Source: a bacterium (GTDB taxonomy: Bacteria > Bacillota > Clostridia > Lachnospirales > Lachnospiraceae). From it: 64,000 bases of DNA. Positions 33,016 to 43,372 of the stretch are shown here, in pieces. Every line of letters begins with the position of its first letter. Positions within the stretch are counted from its first letter, which is position 1. The notes below the pieces were generated by a model. That model had not been told where the DNA came from and did no database searches. It worked only from the letters and a program-made list of their open reading frames with translations. The translations under genes were made by a program, and so were the position numbers. The stretch spans positions 28,185-92,184 of the forward strand of contig CAVFRH010000083.1 in assembly GCA_963624695.1 (NCBI GenBank), given 5' to 3'.

Positions 33016-33540
33016 TTATCCCTCAACCTTCTCTTTTCCCTCTTCATCCGCAACATCATTTTTCCAGTACCTTTCCCGGCTTTCTACCGATGTGGAAAAA
33101 ACGATCAGGGTCTTTGTCTTTCCAAAGCGCTGTAGCTGCCCGATAAAGACATCCAGCTCCATGGTGTTGTGAAACATGACCTCCAGCAGCATGGAATAAT
33201 CCCCTGTCACACAGTTGCACTGGATTACATTGACGCATTTTTCGATATAAGGATAAAAGGTTTTCTTGTTGACCGGATCTACCTCTACATTGATAAAAGC
33301 TTTTGTATAATACCCTAAGGCAACCGGATTTATTTTGATCTCAAATCCCCGTATAATATTTTTTTCCTGCAGTCTTTCAATCCGGGTGGCGATTGCTGTA
33401 GAAGACAAAAAGACCTGGGAGGCAATTTCCCTGGCTGACATCCTAGCATTTTGCTGCAGAAGCTCTATGATCTTATAATCCACATCGTCCAATTCGTCTG
33501 CATAGTTTTTCGGAATATTTTCCTTTGAAAATTCCTTCAT
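33016..33540 (-). CDS. Lrp/AsnC-family transcriptional regulator
   Basis: HTH LDDVDYKIIELLQQNARMSAREIASQVFLSSTAIATRIERL plus a C-terminal RAM-like domain. Confidence 0.85.
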   Translation of the reverse strand: MKEFSKENIPKNYADELDDVDYKIIELLQQNARMSAREIASQVFLSSTAIATRIERLQEKNIIRGFEIKINPVALGYYTKAFINVEVDPVNKKTFYPYIEKCVNVIQCNCVTGDYSMLLEVMFHNTMELDVFIGQLQRFGKTKTLIVFSTSVESRERYWKNDVADEEGKEKVEG

Positions 33541-33566
33541 ATTTTCTCTCTTTCTGTAAACTGCGT

Positions 33567-33608
33567 AAAAAAAGAGACCTTCTGCATGCTATGCATACAA
33601 AAGACCTC
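33567..33608 (-). terminator. probable terminator of the glutamate dehydrogenase gene
   Basis: The minus-strand RNA GAGGUCUUUUG...CAGAAGGUCUC pairs with G-U wobbles and is followed by a 7-U run. Confidence 0.4.
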
Positions 33609-33626
33609 TTTGTCTTTCTTATTCTA

Positions 33627-34883
33627 TCACGGGAACAGTCCCTTGATCTCATTTGCCGAAATCAGCCTGCGAAGCGCCACAATGTAAGCTCCCATTCTCC
33701 AGCTGCATTCGCTTTTCTCAACCTCTTCCTCGATATCATGAAAAGCACTTGTCAGGATTTCCTCCAGCATCTGGTTGATCTGCTCTCTGCTCCAGGTAAG
33801 AGTCTGTATGTTCTGTACCCACTCGAAGTATGATACCACAACACCGCCGCTGTTTGCAAAGATATCCGGAATCAAAACGATTCCCCTCTCTTCCAGTATT
33901 TTATCTGCTTCTGCACTTGTAGGGCCGTTTGCCGCCTCTACCACAAATCTGCACTTCAGCTTTGCAGCATTTTTTTCGGTAATCTGATTTTCCAGTGCTG
34001 CCGGAATAAGGACATCACAGTCACAGGTCAAAAGTTCCTCGTTTGAAATGTGCTCTACTCCCTCTGCTTCATACTCAGCAAGCATTTTTCCACCTTCTAC
34101 AAACTTGCTGATGGCATCTGCGTCCAGACCAGACTCACAGTAGATTGCTCCGGAAACATCACTTAAGGCAACGATTATTGCATTTCTGTGATATGCGATA
34201 CGGGCGGTATTGGCTCCAACATTGCCAAATCCCTGAATCGCAATTCTGCTGCCCTTTAATCTTCTGCCGTATTTTTTCAAAATCTGCTTTACCGCGATCA
34301 CAACGCCTCGTCCGGTAGCTGAATTTCTGCCCTTGGAGCCTCCAAGCTCAATGGGCTTTCCGGTTACCACACCCGGACATGGATGACCATTTAACATGCT
34401 GTAGGTGTCCAAAACCCATGCCATGGTCTGTGCATTGGTATTAACATCCGGTGCCGGAATATCCTTGTCCGGTCCGATCACGGATTCAATTGCAAAGGTA
34501 TATCTTCTGGTAAGCCGCATCAGCTCTCCCTTGGACAGCTTCGTCGGATCCACTGTTATGCCGCCCTTGGCACCGCCATAGGGAATGTTTGCAACGGCAC
34601 ATTTTAGGGACATCCAGGTAGCAAGTGCCTTGACCTCATTCAGATCCGTATTCTGATGGAATCGAATTCCTCCTTTAAATGGTCCTCTGATATTGGAATG
34701 CTGAACCCGATAGCCTTCGAACACCTTTATTTTTCCGTCATCCATGCGTATCGGCAGATATACCTTCAGCTCTCTTTGCGGATTTCGGATCATTTCATAC
34801 ATATCGGTTGAAAGTTTTCCTTTTTCCACTGCTTCATCCATTACCTTCAGCACATTTTCATATGGATTATATTTTGTTTCCAT
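33627..34883 (-). CDS. gdh: glutamate dehydrogenase (Glu/Leu/Phe/Val dehydrogenase family)
   Basis: Motifs FKGGIRFH, PYGGAKGG, GFGNVG. ATG 34883 is preceded by GGAGGAAGAG. Confidence 0.9.
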   Translation of the reverse strand: METKYNPYENVLKVMDEAVEKGKLSTDMYEMIRNPQRELKVYLPIRMDDGKIKVFEGYRVQHSNIRGPFKGGIRFHQNTDLNEVKALATWMSLKCAVANIPYGGAKGGITVDPTKLSKGELMRLTRRYTFAIESVIGPDKDIPAPDVNTNAQTMAWVLDTYSMLNGHPCPGVVTGKPIELGGSKGRNSATGRGVVIAVKQILKKYGRRLKGSRIAIQGFGNVGANTARIAYHRNAIIVALSDVSGAIYCESGLDADAISKFVEGGKMLAEYEAEGVEHISNEELLTCDCDVLIPAALENQITEKNAAKLKCRFVVEAANGPTSAEADKILEERGIVLIPDIFANSGGVVVSYFEWVQNIQTLTWSREQINQMLEEILTSAFHDIEEEVEKSECSWRMGAYIVALRRLISANEIKGLFP

Positions 34884-35045
34884 TCTTTCTCTTCCTCCTG
34901 AATTATTCCATTCGGCGCCTTGTATGTCATGAGTGGCATTATATATTTTCAACAAAAAACTTCAATACCCTTCGTGAAATACGACGAAAACCAATTTGTT
35001 TTTCACTTTTCGCTTGAATAATTCAATTTAAAAGAGATTTTTCAC

Positions 35046-36197
35046 TTAATTTTCAGGTGTCAATGTGATCAAATTCCATTCACAATGAGCCTCTGTCCGC
35101 AAAGGAAAGCCCCATCCTGCCTCACCTGCTGAGACGAAAATTTTGGAATCATTGTAGTCATAGCTGCCCAGCGGATAAAAATTGATCAGATTTTCAATAA
35201 AGCAAAGCGGAAAAAGCTGACCGGCATGGGTATGGCCGGAGACCTGTAGATCAAAGGAAAGGTCTGTAAGGTCCTCCCTTGGCGCAGGCTGGTGCACTGC
35301 TACCAGTAAATAGCTGTCCTTTGACGGATTGCGCTCTTCCAGTTCGCTGCTGCTAAGATATACGTTTGAATGATCTTTATCTTCCCGTCCCAGCAGGACC
35401 AGATCCTCTGAAATCTGAACATATTCATCGGCCAGAATCGTAATACCTGCTCCTTCGATGGCTGCGGTAAGCTCTTCCTGCGTAAAGGTCTGTCCATTTG
35501 TTTCCAGCTGGCTGCCGTCATGATTTCCATAGATAAAATACACCGGCATTTCCAGGCTTCCAAAGAGTTCAAACAGCTGCTGCATTTCCTCCTTTTTTGT
35601 ATATTCATCTACCATGTCGCCATCTAAAATAACAAAATCCGGATCTGCCTGGGTAATCTGAGCTACCACATCCTCCACAGCCGAAAAATCCTGTGCCGTA
35701 CCTGTATGAACATCACTTATCAGGGCAAAGGTATGCTCTTTCGTAAGCTTAACTGAAGAAAAGGTCTGCTCCGATTTTACAACCCTCTGCATATTGAAGG
35801 TTCCAACCGCTGTAATGACGACTGTGCAAAGCAGACTTATTACTGTAAACAGTGCACCCTTTCCTCTGCCTGCAGCCTTGTTTTTTCTGCCTGCAGCCTT
35901 GTTTTTTCTGCCTGCAAGAGATTTTTGAACCAAAAAAATCGCCAGGCAGATCAGATCAGAGGCCAGATCTGCCAGCAGCGCAATATAAACTGCTGCCATT
36001 GCATACTCTGTCTTCCAGTAATTACAAGTTATGATTGTCATTAACAGGCAGGCGATCAAAATCATAAGCAGCATCTTTCCCACAAATACCGCTATTTTTA
36101 CCCCTACTCTGCCTCCTCTTCGCAGCGGACGCTGCACTGCAAAGAGCACCGCCCAGGCGATCAGTACCACAACACTCCAGAGTAAATAATTTACCAT
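35046..36197 (-). CDS. membrane-anchored metallophosphoesterase
   Basis: Four N-terminal TM segments, then SDVHTG, LDGDMVD, GNHD and SGHTHAGQ motifs. ATG 36197 is preceded by AAGAGGAG. Confidence 0.75.
   Translation of the reverse strand: MVNYLLWSVVVLIAWAVLFAVQRPLRRGGRVGVKIAVFVGKMLLMILIACLLMTIITCNYWKTEYAMAAVYIALLADLASDLICLAIFLVQKSLAGRKNKAAGRKNKAAGRGKGALFTVISLLCTVVITAVGTFNMQRVVKSEQTFSSVKLTKEHTFALISDVHTGTAQDFSAVEDVVAQITQADPDFVILDGDMVDEYTKKEEMQQLFELFGSLEMPVYFIYGNHDGSQLETNGQTFTQEELTAAIEGAGITILADEYVQISEDLVLLGREDKDHSNVYLSSSELEERNPSKDSYLLVAVHQPAPREDLTDLSFDLQVSGHTHAGQLFPLCFIENLINFYPLGSYDYNDSKIFVSAGEAGWGFPLRTEAHCEWNLITLTPEN
35867..35916. repeat. 21-bp in-frame tandem repeat, about 2.4 copies
   Basis: tgcctgcagccttgttttttc occurs twice, followed by tgcctgca. 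It encodes AGRKNKA-AGRKNKA-AGRGKG in the cytoplasmic loop of the metallophosphoesterase. Confidence 0.8.
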
Positions 36198-36237
36198 TCG
36201 ATATTCTCCTCTTTTTCTATGATTTTTCAGATTATAC

Positions 36238-36253
36238 AAAGAGTTTGTAAAAT
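36238..36253 (-). promoter_or_regulatory. conserved 16-nt upstream motif, copy 2
   Basis: Identical to 11749..11764. On the minus strand it reads ATTTTACAAACTCTTTgTATAAT, 41 nt upstream of the metallophosphoesterase ATG. Confidence 0.45.
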
Positions 36254-36291
36254 AAGATGGTTCTTTCCTGTAAAGCTTTGGTCAAGATTCT

Positions 36292-37350
36292 TTACATACA
36301 TTTCTCCATTTTTAATCCCACAAGGTCTAAAAACTTATCAATCATAAAACCGCACAGGACTGTATATGCGGAAGCCAGAACATTGATTGCGATTCGAAGG
36401 AGCACTGCTCCCTTCAGACCGAAAAGACCAGCCGCAATGGACAAGGCTCCGAAGGTATTAAATACCGTCTGCCACTCATAGCTTGCACTGTATCCTACCC
36501 CGATTCCTCCGATCATACCGATATAAGGATAAAATTCAGGTGGAAAGACAATGTACATAACCGCAAAGATCAGGCATCCTACGATGTTGAAAAGTCCTCT
36601 TTTGGGAAAGCGTTTTTTCGAATCCTCCGGGAAGGGTAAACATACCGACATACAGGTAATTCCTGCCCACATAGCTCTTGGCAAATTTAAAAGAGAAATG
36701 ATGAGCATGGCTGTTGAAACAATAATGGTCAGCTTTATGTACCATCTTCCCCGCACAGAGGTCAGCTTAAATTCCCGAAAGAGATCCAAAAAGCTTCTGT
36801 GATAAGGCCTGTTTTTCTGATTTTTATAAAAAATCAGCATGCAGATAACCATTCCCACCAGAAGGCCTGCCACTCTCATGCAATAGGCATTTCCACTTAC
36901 ATCGTAGCCAAAAAGCAGAAGATATCCCAGAACAAAAGTGGAATGGTTGTACATGATCACATTGTGGCATCCAAGGATCATAATAAGCAGAATGCAAGCC
37001 ATATTCAAACAGAATGCCCAAATCGGTGAAAGCATATTTGCGATTCTTGGCCCTGCGATTAAAATCCCGTAAATTCCCATGATGCAAAGAAGTCCGTGCG
37101 AGCTTTTTATGCCAAAATCCGCCTGCCTCAATACCAGTATGGAAAGCAGAACGGTAACGCCTACTACACTGTTATCGGAGCCTATAAGCTTGCTGAAGGC
37201 TGCAACCACCAGCACACAGAAGGCCATAACCAGATAGACCTTAAAATTGTAGATGAGGATGTGCCTTATTTTTTCTTTTCTGTCCTTTGTATTTCGTATC
37301 AGCTGCTTGGATCCCACAGAGCTAAGCTGCAATTCCTGATAAAATGTCAT
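36292..37350 (-). CDS. multi-pass membrane protein of unknown function (possibly FUSC-like)
   Basis: 352 aa, about 9 hydrophobic segments. The family call is tentative. Confidence 0.35.
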   Translation of the reverse strand: MTFYQELQLSSVGSKQLIRNTKDRKEKIRHILIYNFKVYLVMAFCVLVVAAFSKLIGSDNSVVGVTVLLSILVLRQADFGIKSSHGLLCIMGIYGILIAGPRIANMLSPIWAFCLNMACILLIMILGCHNVIMYNHSTFVLGYLLLFGYDVSGNAYCMRVAGLLVGMVICMLIFYKNQKNRPYHRSFLDLFREFKLTSVRGRWYIKLTIIVSTAMLIISLLNLPRAMWAGITCMSVCLPFPEDSKKRFPKRGLFNIVGCLIFAVMYIVFPPEFYPYIGMIGGIGVGYSASYEWQTVFNTFGALSIAAGLFGLKGAVLLRIAINVLASAYTVLCGFMIDKFLDLVGLKMEKCM

Positions 37351-37436
37351 TTTTTCACCTCCATGTCAACTATTGCATAAAAAAGAGATTCTCGCATTAT
37401 GCAACAATCTCTTCTCCCAAATTTATATTTACACGA

Positions 37437-38234
37437 TTAGCTCAGTAAAATCCTGTCATTGTCAAGGGCTTCTCCGGTTCCCTCCCGGAAGCGGGTAAGA
37501 AGATCCTCTACGGTCATGTTATCTCTTTCCTCGCCCTTTACATCCAGAACGATCTTTCCGCTGTCCATCATGATGGTGCGATTTCCCAGATCAAGAGCGG
37601 ACTGCATGTTGTGGGTAATCATAAGGCAGGCTATCTTGCGTTCGCTTACAATCTGCTTTGTAAGCTCCAGTACCTTTTCGGCTGTTCCCGGATCCAGCGC
37701 TGCCGTATGCTCATCCAAAAGCAAAAGCTTTGGCGTTACAAGGGTTGCCATAAGAAGGGTTAGTGCCTGTCTCTGGCCGCCGGAAAGAAGGCCCACCGGA
37801 TTGTTCATGCGATCCTCAAGCCCCATATTGAGGAGAGCCAGCTGTTCTCTGAAGGCTGCCCTCTCCTTGGCTGTCACCCGGCTGAACATCTTGCGGTGTT
37901 CATTGGAACGAAGATATGCCAGTGCCAGATTTTCCTCGATGGTCATGTTTGGCGCAGTACCCTTCATAGGATCCTGAAAAAGATGACCGATATACTTGCT
38001 GCGCTTATAGCCCTCCGTAAAGGTGATATCCTCTCCATCCAGATAAATATCTCCGCTGTCCACATAAAATGTACCGCATATTGCATTGAACATGGTGGAT
38101 TTCCCAGCTCCGTTCGAACCGATAATCGTTACAAAATCACCCTGATCCACATGCAGGCTTAAATCTCTGAGCGCCGGTTTTTCATTTGGAGTACCTTTGT
38201 TAAATGTCTTGCTTATATTTTTGATATCTAACAT
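37437..38234 (-). CDS. ABC transporter ATP-binding protein (COG1101-type)
   Basis: Walker A GSNGAGKST, signature LSGGQRQAL, Walker B LLLDEHTAALD. Confidence 0.85.
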   Translation of the reverse strand: MLDIKNISKTFNKGTPNEKPALRDLSLHVDQGDFVTIIGSNGAGKSTMFNAICGTFYVDSGDIYLDGEDITFTEGYKRSKYIGHLFQDPMKGTAPNMTIEENLALAYLRSNEHRKMFSRVTAKERAAFREQLALLNMGLEDRMNNPVGLLSGGQRQALTLLMATLVTPKLLLLDEHTAALDPGTAEKVLELTKQIVSERKIACLMITHNMQSALDLGNRTIMMDSGKIVLDVKGEERDNMTVEDLLTRFREGTGEALDNDRILLS

Positions 38235-39175
38235 TATTTTTCCTCCTTTGCTGCTCTTCTTCTGGCCATTGCCTGTATCTTTGTACGTTTAAACTGTGCG
38301 TGACTTCGAATTGCCGGCATAGAAATGGCGATTGCTACGATAACAGCTGATACCAGCTTTAATGCACTAGCCGGCAAATTCATACGCAGTGCAATTGCTA
38401 CGATAACTCTGTATAAGCAGGAACCGAACACTACACCGATTACCCGGACGCGAACGGATCTTTTGCCAAAAATTGTCTCCCCGATGATAAGGGATGCCAG
38501 AGCAACCGTTACCATACCGGTTCCCATATTGATGTCGCAGGATTTCTGGTATTCTCCAATCAGGCATCCTGAAAGAGCAGTCAAAGCTCCGCCGATGCAA
38601 AGGCCAATGGTCTTCATGACGGCAGGATTGATGGAGGATGATTTGACCATATCCTGGTTGTCTCCGGTTGCACGAATGGAAAGTCCAAGCCTTGTGCCAA
38701 GGAACCAGAGCATAAAGATGATCACTGCCGCCGCGAAAATAATGGCCAGCAGGAACTTATATTCATTGGAAAGCGGCGTGCCGTCCAGCAGAGATTTCAT
38801 TCTGGTAAACAGAGTATCTGTGTCATTCATGCTTAAAACGGATTTTCCCATAATGGCGAGATTGATGGTGTAAAGGCCCGTATTGACAATAATGCCGGCC
38901 AACATACTCTCTACATTCATACGGGTCTGCAAAAATGCATTGACCAGTCCCGACAATACTCCCACTCCCATTGCTGCAAAAAGTGCTAGGATGGGATGTC
39001 CTGCAATTGCTACCACTGCACCGGTCGCACACCCTAATGTGTAGCAGCCGTCCGTAGACAGATCGCAGACATTCAACATGGAGTACGTAAGAAAGAGTGC
39101 AAGTGCTATGAGCGCATAAATAAGTCCAAGCTCAAGCGCTCCCTCGACTATGGACCATGTGATAAAATTAGACAT
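38234..39175 (-). CDS. ABC transporter permease (COG4120-type)
   Basis: 313-aa multi-pass protein. Its stop overlaps the ATPase start. Confidence 0.8.
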   Translation of the reverse strand: MSNFITWSIVEGALELGLIYALIALALFLTYSMLNVCDLSTDGCYTLGCATGAVVAIAGHPILALFAAMGVGVLSGLVNAFLQTRMNVESMLAGIIVNTGLYTINLAIMGKSVLSMNDTDTLFTRMKSLLDGTPLSNEYKFLLAIIFAAAVIIFMLWFLGTRLGLSIRATGDNQDMVKSSSINPAVMKTIGLCIGGALTALSGCLIGEYQKSCDINMGTGMVTVALASLIIGETIFGKRSVRVRVIGVVFGSCLYRVIVAIALRMNLPASALKLVSAVIVAIAISMPAIRSHAQFKRTKIQAMARRRAAKEEK

Positions 39176-39204
39176 AGCGTTTCCTACCTTATATTATGAC
39201 TATT

Positions 39205-39236
39205 AAAAGACGACCCGGCACAAACCAGGTCGTCTT
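39205..39236 (-). terminator. intra-operon stem-loop between the binding-protein and permease genes
   Basis: aaaagacgacc / 12-nt loop / ggtcgtctt, followed on the minus strand by TTTTAAT. Such hairpins typically raise the binding-protein mRNA ratio. Confidence 0.45.
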
Positions 39237-39273
39237 CCTTTTGAACCTATATCACTATAACATAAAGGTTGGA

Positions 39274-40377
39274 TTATTCAAAGTTCTCCTGTGTAGTTAA
39301 TTCAACAAATCCTGAGCAAAGTGGCTCAAATGTAGACTTAATTTCCTCAAGATCGTATCCCAATGCTTTCAGAGTCTCTGTATTTACAGAAACAATTCCG
39401 TTATCAAAGGTCTGAACCGGGGTCTCAGCCGGGTCTGCACCGTTTACAAGCACATCAACTACCATGTCGCCTGTCATTACACCAAGGTTTGCATAATCCA
39501 CACCGTATCCGACAAAAGCACCGTTCAATGCGAAGGAATCTGCTCCGCAGTACTGTGGAATGCCTGCCTCAATGAAGCTTTCATAGATTGTAAGCTCTGC
39601 TGTCATGATGGTGTTGTCTGTAGGTGTAAATACAGCCTCTACACCCTCTGCGATCAGAGAATCTGCTGCCAGTGAAACATCATCTGTTGTGCTTCCGGTC
39701 TTTTCTACATATTCTACATTGTTCTCGTCACACCATGATTTTGCTTCCTCAATTGCTGCCTCGGAAGAATCCTGTGCTGTGTCATAGAGAAGTCCGATCT
39801 TTGAAATGTCCGGGTTCTGAGCCTTGATCAGGTTCATGATGGCTGCTGTGTCCAGAGCATCGGATGTACCGGTAATGTTTCCTCCCGGAGCGTCCATAGA
39901 CTCAACCAGTCCTGCTCCAACCGGATCTGTAACTGCGGAGAAGATAACCGGAATCTGATTGTCCTCTGTTGCAGTCTGCATTGTAATGGCAACCGGAGTA
40001 GCGATTGCTACAATGATGTCCACATCGTCTGCAACAAGGTCTGTTGCAATCTGATTAAGAACAGCTGAATCACCCTGGGCATTGGAGTAGTAAGGCTCAT
40101 AATCAAAGGTTACACCTAATTCCTCTCCTTTTTTGTCCAGCTCTTCTTCGATGTTTGATACGATCTGATTCAAAGATGCGTCGTCTACATAGTTTACAAT
40201 TCCTACCTTGTAAGTTGCACCTTCACTTGTTCCCTCTGCAGCGGATGATGCATCTGCACTTGAGCTAGATGAAGTAGCTGATGAAGCTGCTGAAGAATCA
40301 CCAGATGAAGACGCGCCACATGCGGTAAGGGATACGGCCATTGCTCCTGTAAGGAGCGCTGCGAATACCTTTTTCAT
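39274..40377 (-). CDS. ABC transporter substrate-binding lipoprotein (COG2984-type)
   Basis: ATG 40377 is preceded by GAGGAGG. Lipoprotein signal MKKVFAALLTGAMAVSLTACG, Ser-rich linker, periplasmic-binding fold (KVGIVNYVDDASLNQ..). Confidence 0.8.
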   Translation of the reverse strand: MKKVFAALLTGAMAVSLTACGASSSGDSSAASSATSSSSSADASSAAEGTSEGATYKVGIVNYVDDASLNQIVSNIEEELDKKGEELGVTFDYEPYYSNAQGDSAVLNQIATDLVADDVDIIVAIATPVAITMQTATEDNQIPVIFSAVTDPVGAGLVESMDAPGGNITGTSDALDTAAIMNLIKAQNPDISKIGLLYDTAQDSSEAAIEEAKSWCDENNVEYVEKTGSTTDDVSLAADSLIAEGVEAVFTPTDNTIMTAELTIYESFIEAGIPQYCGADSFALNGAFVGYGVDYANLGVMTGDMVVDVLVNGADPAETPVQTFDNGIVSVNTETLKALGYDLEEIKSTFEPLCSGFVELTTQENFE

Positions 40378-40506
40378 TTTTTTCCTCCTCAAAAAAAGCT
40401 TTTTTAGAATGCAGCAATGCAACACTCTAATGTATTAAAATATACTTCCATTATTTTGAATAGTCAACAAAAAGGATTTTTTACATAGGAAGAGATTTTG
40501 ATTCCC

Positions 40507-41955
40507 TTACAATTCCCTTAGAATTTCCAGCAGGTATTCCCAGGTTCGTCTTGCAGAACTTATATTCATTCTCTCATCTGGTGTATGCACTCCCTCCAGG
40601 GTCGGGCCAAAAGAAACCATGTCAAGTCCCGGCATTTTTCCGGAAAGAATGCCGCATTCCAGGCCTGCGTGAATGGCTGTCACCACCGGCTTCCTGCCAT
40701 AAAGCTTTTGAAAACTCCCCACGCAGATTTCCCTTAGCTTAGACTCCTTCCGATACTCCCATGCCGGATAGGAATCCTGCAGCTTAAGCTCTCCGGACAA
40801 ATAAGATACAAAGCTCTGAACCTTGCTTAACAGAAGCTCCCCCGCAGCCGCTGAATTGCTTCTTACAAGATACTCATAAGTCAGTGCATCCTCCGTGAGA
40901 GCTGCTGTTCCCAGATTCAAAGAAGTTTCTACCATACCACTGATATCCCGGCTCATTTTATATACCCCATCCGGAGCCATCTGCAGAGCAAACAGCACTT
41001 TTTCCGTACTGCTTTTATCAAGAGCCTTTTTCTGTATTTCAAGGCTCTCCTTCAATTGGATCTTTGCCTTTGGCTCTGCATCCTGAATGTCCTGCAGCCA
41101 TAGATCTGCACTCTTTTCTATATTTTTTTGAAATACGGCTATATCAGAAGCTTTTACAAGAACCTTCGCTTCTGCTTCCTTGGGGATGACATTGTATTTG
41201 CCGCCTCCAAAAAGCTCTGCCAGTCTCAAATCCGACATTTTTCCTGCTTCTGCCAGCAGGGATGCTAAAAGACGGATGGCATTTGTGCGTCCCTTATGGA
41301 TCTCAATTCCCGAATGTCCCCCTAAAAGATGGCTGACTTTAAGGGTAAATGCTTTATAATCCTCCCTTTTGATTTCTTCAAAGCCTATGGGTATCTGGCA
41401 CTGCGCTCTTACCCCTCCGGCACAGCTTACATTTATGACTCCCTCTGTTTCCGAATCCAGATTGATCAGGTATTTTGCCGTAAGTCCTTCGGTATTGAGT
41501 CCTCTTGCCCCAAGCATTCCAACCTCCTCATCACTGGTCAATACGGCCTGTATCGGGGGGTGCTCTATGGTGTCTGATGCCAGGATTGCCAGAATATAGG
41601 CAACTGCGATGCCGTCGTCTGCCCCAAGGGTCGTGCCCTCTGCCCAGAGCCTTACCCCATCTGTGCAAAGCCTTACTCCCTCTTTTTCCATATCGATTCC
41701 GCAGTCTGTTTTTTTCTCGCAAACCATGTCCAGATGTCCCTGCAGCATAACTGGCTCTTTTTCTTCCCGTCCCTTAGAACCTTTCTTGAAGATGACTACA
41801 TTTCCTGCATCATCCCTTCTGGCCTTCAGACCATGCTGCTTTGCGAATTGCAGACAATAGTCGGCTGCCGCCTTCGTATTTCCGGAGCCTCTTGGAATTT
41901 TCGACAATTCTTCAAAATAATAAAAAACCTCTTTGGGTGATAATTCTTCTAACAT
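40507..41955 (-). CDS. pepD: aminoacyl-histidine dipeptidase (M20 family, PepD)
   Basis: N-terminus LSPKEVFYYFEELSKIPRGSGN, then LQGHLDMV, TLGADDG and TSDEEVGM motifs. ATG 41955 is preceded by GGAGG. Confidence 0.85.
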   Translation of the reverse strand: MLEELSPKEVFYYFEELSKIPRGSGNTKAAADYCLQFAKQHGLKARRDDAGNVVIFKKGSKGREEKEPVMLQGHLDMVCEKKTDCGIDMEKEGVRLCTDGVRLWAEGTTLGADDGIAVAYILAILASDTIEHPPIQAVLTSDEEVGMLGARGLNTEGLTAKYLINLDSETEGVINVSCAGGVRAQCQIPIGFEEIKREDYKAFTLKVSHLLGGHSGIEIHKGRTNAIRLLASLLAEAGKMSDLRLAELFGGGKYNVIPKEAEAKVLVKASDIAVFQKNIEKSADLWLQDIQDAEPKAKIQLKESLEIQKKALDKSSTEKVLFALQMAPDGVYKMSRDISGMVETSLNLGTAALTEDALTYEYLVRSNSAAAGELLLSKVQSFVSYLSGELKLQDSYPAWEYRKESKLREICVGSFQKLYGRKPVVTAIHAGLECGILSGKMPGLDMVSFGPTLEGVHTPDERMNISSARRTWEYLLEILREL

Positions 41956-42154
41956 ACCTGCCTCCAAATCAAATGTATTTCGTCCCGTGGCTATGCTGTT
42001 CAGATTACACCCTTTGTCTTCCGCTTTTCAAGCCGAATCGAATACAAACTTATTTTGTATGCATCCTGAGTTCTTTCGGGTATAATATACATAATTGTGC
42101 GCTCAGCATAATTTACTGAAAAAAGTATGCCATGCATACGGATAGGAAAAGAGT

Positions 42155-43300
42155 ATGGAAAAAAAGAGAACAAAAAAAATCATTACGATACTTCTTATGA
42201 TCGTAGTACTCGTTGGTGTTGCAGCCATTTCCTACAGCAGCGGGAAAAAGGCCGGTCAGCTGCAGGAAACGCAAACTGCTTCGGAAAACAGCACCGAAAG
42301 CACAGGAGTATCACCAAATCCGGCACACGAAGCGAAGGTCAATGGTCTGGCCTGGCAGCTGTCAGCCGAAAGCCAGGGGCTTATTATGCAGGCCTTTTCT
42401 ACCGCAGAGAATGCCTTAGACGAGCTGATTGCCAAATGCAATGATGATACCAATACCGAATGGACCATGGAAACAGATGAGGAGGGAAATCCCTGCATGA
42501 TGCACAACGGGGTAAGAGTTGCCATCGTCAGCGACATTGACGATACCCTTGTGGATGGCGCCCATTATACAGCAGACATCGTAGGAAATGATGGAGATTA
42601 CAACAATGCAGCCTTTGCCAGATTCGTTATGAGTGATGGCTGTACAGCCCTTCCCGGCGCAGTGGATTTTGTAAACAAGTGTGTTGAAAACGGAATTGAC
42701 TTTTATTATGTAACAAACCGCTACGATCAGGCCTACAAGATCGATCAGTCCGACTCACAGGGCTCTTACGAGGATTCTATCGCGGCAGAAGGAAAGGGTC
42801 TTTACTGCAAGGCAGATGGAACAGAAATTGGCAGCAGCCTCTATCAGACTTACGGCAAAACCATATACGACATCTCCTATGAATCCATGGAGCGTCTCGG
42901 CTTTCCGGTCGATGACCAGCATCTGATCGTAAATGACTCGAAACTCAACGGCTCCAGCAAGGAAGCCATTCGCACAGCCATCCGGAAAGGAAGCGAAGCT
43001 TACCCAAACGGACAGCGTACCGATGGAAATTCTTTGAACTGTGCCACGCAAACCACTCTTGAATCCCATGAGATCGTTCTGCTTCTGGGAGACAACATCG
43101 GAGATTTCACCGATGACTTCAGCACAGAGGAGCTGGATGCTGTAAGCCGCTCTGACCTTGCATCCGATTCTTCCTATGCAGACAAATGGGGAAAGGAATG
43201 GATCTTATTCCCCAATGCCATGTACGGCAGCTCTCTGGACTATGCAGAAAGCTACGACATGAACAAACTCTTCAAGTACTATGCATATACCACGAAATAA
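42155..43300 (+). CDS. class C acid phosphatase / 5'-nucleotidase e(P4)-like HAD protein, membrane-anchored
   Basis: N-terminal TM, then HAD motifs IVSDIDDTLVD, YYVTNR and LLLGDNIGDF. Confidence 0.65.
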   Translation: MEKKRTKKIITILLMIVVLVGVAAISYSSGKKAGQLQETQTASENSTESTGVSPNPAHEAKVNGLAWQLSAESQGLIMQAFSTAENALDELIAKCNDDTNTEWTMETDEEGNPCMMHNGVRVAIVSDIDDTLVDGAHYTADIVGNDGDYNNAAFARFVMSDGCTALPGAVDFVNKCVENGIDFYYVTNRYDQAYKIDQSDSQGSYEDSIAAEGKGLYCKADGTEIGSSLYQTYGKTIYDISYESMERLGFPVDDQHLIVNDSKLNGSSKEAIRTAIRKGSEAYPNGQRTDGNSLNCATQTTLESHEIVLLLGDNIGDFTDDFSTEELDAVSRSDLASDSSYADKWGKEWILFPNAMYGSSLDYAESYDMNKLFKYYAYTTK

Positions 43301-43309
43301 ACTTTGGGA

Positions 43310-43345
43310 GCTGTCGCATGAAATGCATCATGCGGCAGCTTTTCT
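43310..43345 (+). terminator. rho-independent terminator after the phosphatase gene
   Basis: gctgtcgcatg / loop / catgcggcagc followed by TTTTCT. Confidence 0.55.
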
Positions 43346-43372
43346 AAATAATAAGATTTTTTTCTTTTATTT

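Noticed and set aside
40378-40506. A T-box or riboswitch leader upstream of the COG2984-type ABC importer, which would be expected if it were a TrpXYZ-like amino-acid importer.
   Set aside because: The intergenic region is only about 130 nt. I could not find a specifier/T-box motif or any conserved riboswitch core, so I make no substrate call.
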